Below are positions 59,059 to 64,000 of a stretch of DNA of 64,000 nucleotides, in pieces (position 1 is the first letter of the stretch; each line of letters starts with the position of its first letter). The stretch comes from Octopus vulgaris (taxonomy: Eukaryota): the NCBI GenBank assembly GCA_951406725.2, contig OX597817.1, forward strand, positions 77,066,001-77,130,000. The letters are read 5' to 3'. The position numbers were made by a program, and so were the translations under genes. The notes below the pieces were generated by a model, which saw only the letters and a program-made list of their open reading frames with translations, had not been told where the DNA came from and ran no database searches.

Positions 59059-59790
59059 CATTATTATTGCTATTATTAATATTGCTATTATTATTATTAT
59101 TATTATCATTATTAATATTGCTATTATTATTATTATTATCATTATTAATATTGCTATTATTATTATTATTATTGCTATTATTATTAATATTGCTATTATT
59201 ATTATTATCATTATTAATATTGCTATTATTATTATTATTATTATTATTGCTATTATTATTATTATTAATAATATTGCTATTATTATTATTATTATTAATA
59301 TTGCTATTATTATTATTATTATTGCTATTATTATTAATATTGCTATTATTATTATTATCATTATTAATATTGCTATTATTATTATTATTATTGCTATTAT
59401 TATTAATATTGCTATTATTATTATTATCATTATTAATATTGCTATTATTATTATTATTATTATTGCTATTATTATTATTATTAATAATATTGCTATTATT
59501 ATTATTATTATTAATATTGCTATTATTATTATTATTATTGCTATTATTATTAATATTGCTATTATTATTATTATCATTATTAATATTGCTATTATTATTA
59601 TTATTATTGCTATTATTATTAATATTGCTATTATTATTATTATCATTATTAATATTGCTATTATTATTATTATTATTATTATTGCTATTATTATTATTAT
59701 TAATAATATTGCTATTATTATTATTATTATTAATATTGCTATTATTATTATTATTATTATTATTAATATTGCAATTATTATTATTATTAG
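59059..59790. repeat. Compound (ATT)n array punctuated by GCT/AAT/ATC, with a higher-order period of about 216-219 bp
   Basis: The rare variant AATAATATTGCT starts at 59267, 59483 and 59702. Confidence 0.9.
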
Positions 59791-61002
59791 TAGTAATAGT
59801 AGCAGCAGCAGCAGCGATGATAGCAATGATGATGATCATGATGATGACGAAAATGAGAAAGACGGTGGTAGTTGCAAGAAATGGTGACAGCAACAGCAGT
59901 AAAAGTGATAGTACTAATAGTGGTGGTGACGGTGGGGAAGTGGTAGTGTTTATGATGATAATGGCGGCGGCGGCAATAGTCATGGTGGTGGTGGTGGTGT
60001 TGGATGGGGGTGGGGGGGCAAGCCACAAACTTACTAACTAAACTGATTGGCGCAGGTAATATCCGTCAGCTCGATGACACGATGCCACACTTGTACATTA
60101 ATACTCGACTCAACACATTACACGACACGACCGAATCACGACTGAATACGTAGAAGGCAAAAAAAAAAATAATAAATAATAATAATAAATAAATGCAAAA
60201 CAAAACAAAAACATTTAAAGATAAATAGATAGTTGTTATATGCCTTGATGGTGGTGGCGGCGGCGGCGGCGGTGTCGAAAAGTGATAGTGAGGAGAGGGA
60301 GGAGGAGGTATTTTCAAACTCAATAAAAAAAAAAGAAGGTAAAAAAAAATGATATAGTGAAATCGTGCTGGTAGTGGCGGCGGTGGTGATAATACGGGAT
60401 GCAAAATGGAAAAACCCGCTTTTTATTGAAAAAAAAAAAAATAATAATAATAATAAAAATCGCGATCGAATATCATACACCGAGAAGCCTTTTCCATTAG
60501 AGTTACCTCCCTTACACTGAGATACGCATCAACTACATTGTTATCGTATTAAAATGTGTGTGCGTGTGCGTATCTATCACATATGCGTATGTGTTTCTGT
60601 GCGTGTATAATATATATATATGTGTGTAATGTGTATCTATAATCTATGTGTGTGTGCGGTAAGTGATTTCGTGCATAAAGTGTCTACAGGCGAGATGAGT
60701 AGCTATGTATTTGGCTGGGACCCCTTATTTTCCTAGGAATAACCACAGAACCTAAATTACCAACTAGGAGTAAGTCTGGTAGAAATCGTAAGCGCATGCC
60801 CGGACAAAAATGCTTAGCAGCATTTCGTCCGTCTTTACGTTCTGAGTTCAAATTCTGCCACAGTCAACTTTAGCTTTCATCCTTTCGGGGGTCGATAAAT
60901 AAAGTACCAGTTGATGTAATCGACTAGTCCCCTCCTCCAAAATTTCAGGCCTTGTTCGTTTAGTAGAAATTATTATTATTATTATTATTATTATTATTGT
61001 TA

Positions 61003-61039
<37 letters not shown>

Positions 61040-61409
61040 GGTGGTGAGCTGGCAGGATCGTTAGCACACTGGACGAAATGCTTAGCAGTATTTCGGCCGT
61101 CGCTACGTTCTGAGTTCAAATTTCGTACCAGTTGAATACTGGGATCGATGTAATCGACTCATCCCTTCACCCGAAATTGCTGTCCTTATGGCAAAATTTG
61201 AAATTATTATTATTATTACTTTTATGGGTAACCTTTCGTAACGCCTCCCCCTATTGGGAGATTTTCGTTGTTATATTATTTGATTGTTACACTGTTTTTA
61301 CACGATTTTTTCACAAACGGACAAAACCCTTTGTAACCTTTCGTCTTGTTTTGTCCCTTTATGTTTTCTAATCATGTTTGTCAGCCCTTGTGGCCAATAA
61401 AAAGAATTA

Positions 61410-61445
<36 letters not shown>

Positions 61446-61767
61446 GAGTGAGAGAGCAGTTCATGCCATCAAAGTGACACCGGGGTAAAAATATACGAAG
61501 CCCAGCATACCCATCATGACTACCCGTCTGATAAAGGTACACCAGGCACATGCATCACAACCATATGTGCGCGACATGGTGATCTCATATCAAGATAAAC
61601 AGCACATGACCTTGCAGGTGGGGCCCAGTTAGAATTTTCTTCAGGTTGAGTAGCCCATCCCGCTCAAACGGTCCCTGAATAAGGGTTGTTTAAGGATGTT
61701 GAAAGAACCACCCATGTTTCCAGAGGTGAACTATTCAAACCCCAAAGAATCCCTCTCAACACATGGC

Positions 61768-61807
<40 letters not shown>

Positions 61808-63769
61808 GTTATTATTTACATTCTCAGTTCAAATGCCACCGATGTTGTCTTTGCCTTTCGTCCTTTCGGGGTCGACGATTGTAAACACGAGTTTGAGTGT
61901 TACATCCTTCTTTCTAAACTTGTTGGCCTTGAGCCACGATTTGAATCACCACTACCACCACCATCGAAAGAAGTTCAACAAATTCTAAATATTTCAATAA
62001 TTAACGTAAACATTTGAATGATAATAGAATTGAATCGAACCTGTTTTAATAGGTCGCTCGACCATGTTAGAGAGGTGTCCCGTGTTGGCTCGTCATGTCT
62101 GTGAAATACGGACAGGTACACACACTCACATATATATAAACACGCCGCTCGTTCTCCCACTTCAGAAAAAGACACACATACCGGTGGCAAGCCTTGGACT
62201 AATGCAACTGCCGCTTGTGTTACTGAGCGTATGGGTGTGTTTGTGTGTGTCCCTCTCTCTCTCTCTCTGTCAATCTATCTACCTATTTGTGTCTGTATCT
62301 TTGTTACCGTGTGTATATGTGTGTTTATATGTACACATGCATACACACATATGCAGATACACACACACACACATACACAAACGAATGTGCATCTATGTTA
62401 TGGGATCGGCTGAATTTAGTGAAAGAAAAATTTAAGAGTATAAAGTCTTGTGTACACTCATCATTCAAACAGTTGTCCCACTGTTTCAAGAGACAAACTG
62501 TTACTTCCTACTAAACACATGTTTGCAGGGAATTACAGAAAATTTGTGAGAATTAAATATATTTCATTCTGAGCTAACTGGCTGGGAATAACCACAAACT
62601 AATGGCCAACAGCCATCTGACGGATAATTCCAACAGCAAGGTGATTTGTTTTTACTTTTGACCCTTTGCCTGCTTGTGTACCACAACTGAGGTACAGAAA
62701 AGATTTCCTTGGAATCTTTACTTCACACATGATAAACATTCCCAGTTTTTATTTATTTATATCCCCCCACCCACCCACAACCATTGAATAACTTAGGGCT
62801 TATGAAAGGAAATCGTTATATTACTCAGAATATAGGAAACAAGGTCTAACAAAATGTCTGAAAACCAGAATTTAGAGTAAACCTGTTTGTGTTTTTTTGT
62901 TTTTTTTACCTTTTTATCAAGGGTATGCTTGATCTGTATGTTATCTAAATAGCATTAACCTGAAACTGGCCTACATTTAACTCAAATAAAGACTTGTAGA
63001 GCATAGATGTGTGATTAATCTTTTGGGTGCCTTGTGTATCACATGTAATACAAAGGACATTTCCCAGCTGACCACTCATCATATATGATAGACATTCCCA
63101 TTTTCTTTTCTCTTCAGCCATAGAATAACTTGAGACTTTTGAAAAGGGAAGCTCTATATTACTCAGAACGTAATATGAAACAAGGGTTAACTAAAAGTTT
63201 GAAAACAAGCATGCATGTTTAGGATGATGATGATGATAATAATGATAATAATAATAGGGAATATAATTCCAAACTTAGAGAGAAAATTCAATTTGGCAAT
63301 TCTAAATCAAATTTCACAATATATAATATATGTATATAATTTAGAGAAAGCCTCTGTTAAACAATTCATTATTGAATTGTTTAATAGAAGTTTTTCCTCT
63401 AAATTATATATATATACGTATGTATGTAAGTATGTATGTATGTATGTATGATGTATGTATGTATGTGTGTATGTACTATGTATGTATATATATGTATGTA
63501 TGTATGTATATTATAAAGGCAGGGGAAGGAAATAGACATTGCTTAGTTTGTCTTTCACAGTTCTTGCTGTCAGTAAAAGAAGGGAATATGGTGCTTTGGA
63601 GTGTGAAAAGAGGTAAAGTAAATATACCATAATTAGTGCAGCTTCAGGCAAGCATCAAACACACTCAGGTGAGAAAAGGAATCAGGTAATCAAGGTAACG
63701 TTCCGACACCCACACACACGTGCACACACCCACACTTAAACTCACCCCCACCACCACCACCATACAGAC

Positions 63770-63802
<33 letters not shown>

Positions 63803-64000
63803 TATACTCACAAATATATTTGTAGGCAAGACACATGCACATCTGTAGTCAATAACTACTCAATGTATTTCAGCATACATATGCACATATGCTTAGATAA
63901 ACATACATACACATACACTTGTGTGTGTATGTATGTATATAATATATGCACATGTACAAGCTCATACAATTACGTAATAAAAAAAGGGAAGAGACATCAC

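Noticed and set aside
58946-60041. 270-360-aa poly-N/I/L ORFs on both strands
   Set aside because: Products of the (ATT)n compound array.
53663-64000. MADS-box/MEF2-domain exons and a duplicated mutually exclusive alpha exon
   Set aside because: No MGRKKI, VTFTKRKFGL or KYTEYNEPHES coding sequence, and no paralogue of the 53522-53662 exon, found by eye; the domain exons presumably lie outside the window.

Overview
AT-rich, microsatellite- and SINE-dense animal DNA whose repeat content looks like Octopus (inferred, not database-checked). It contains the 3' part of one minus-strand gene, a MEF2 (myocyte enhancer factor 2) transcription factor. I reconstructed six phase-compatible coding exons by hand (53522-53662, 47913-48096, 44450-44634, 42825-42933, 36400-36514, 26426-26699; 335 aa ending ...IKSEPISPPR...KRSRIDGWAT*), plus a probable 48-nt cassette exon (39018-39065). 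The MADS/MEF2 DNA-binding exons were not found and presumably lie beyond 64000. The rest is intron, 3'UTR and flank, filled with tRNA-derived SINEs, MITEs (pogo-like, hAT), a mariner remnant and LINE/Penelope fragments. The most unusual signals are: hammerhead-ribozyme-like motifs and fold-backs of probable Penelope origin in MEF2 introns, one of which reads antisense as an in-frame 9-nt microexon; extra in-frame splice options; and short locally templated insertions. Nearly all entries in the supplied ORF track are microsatellite artefacts.
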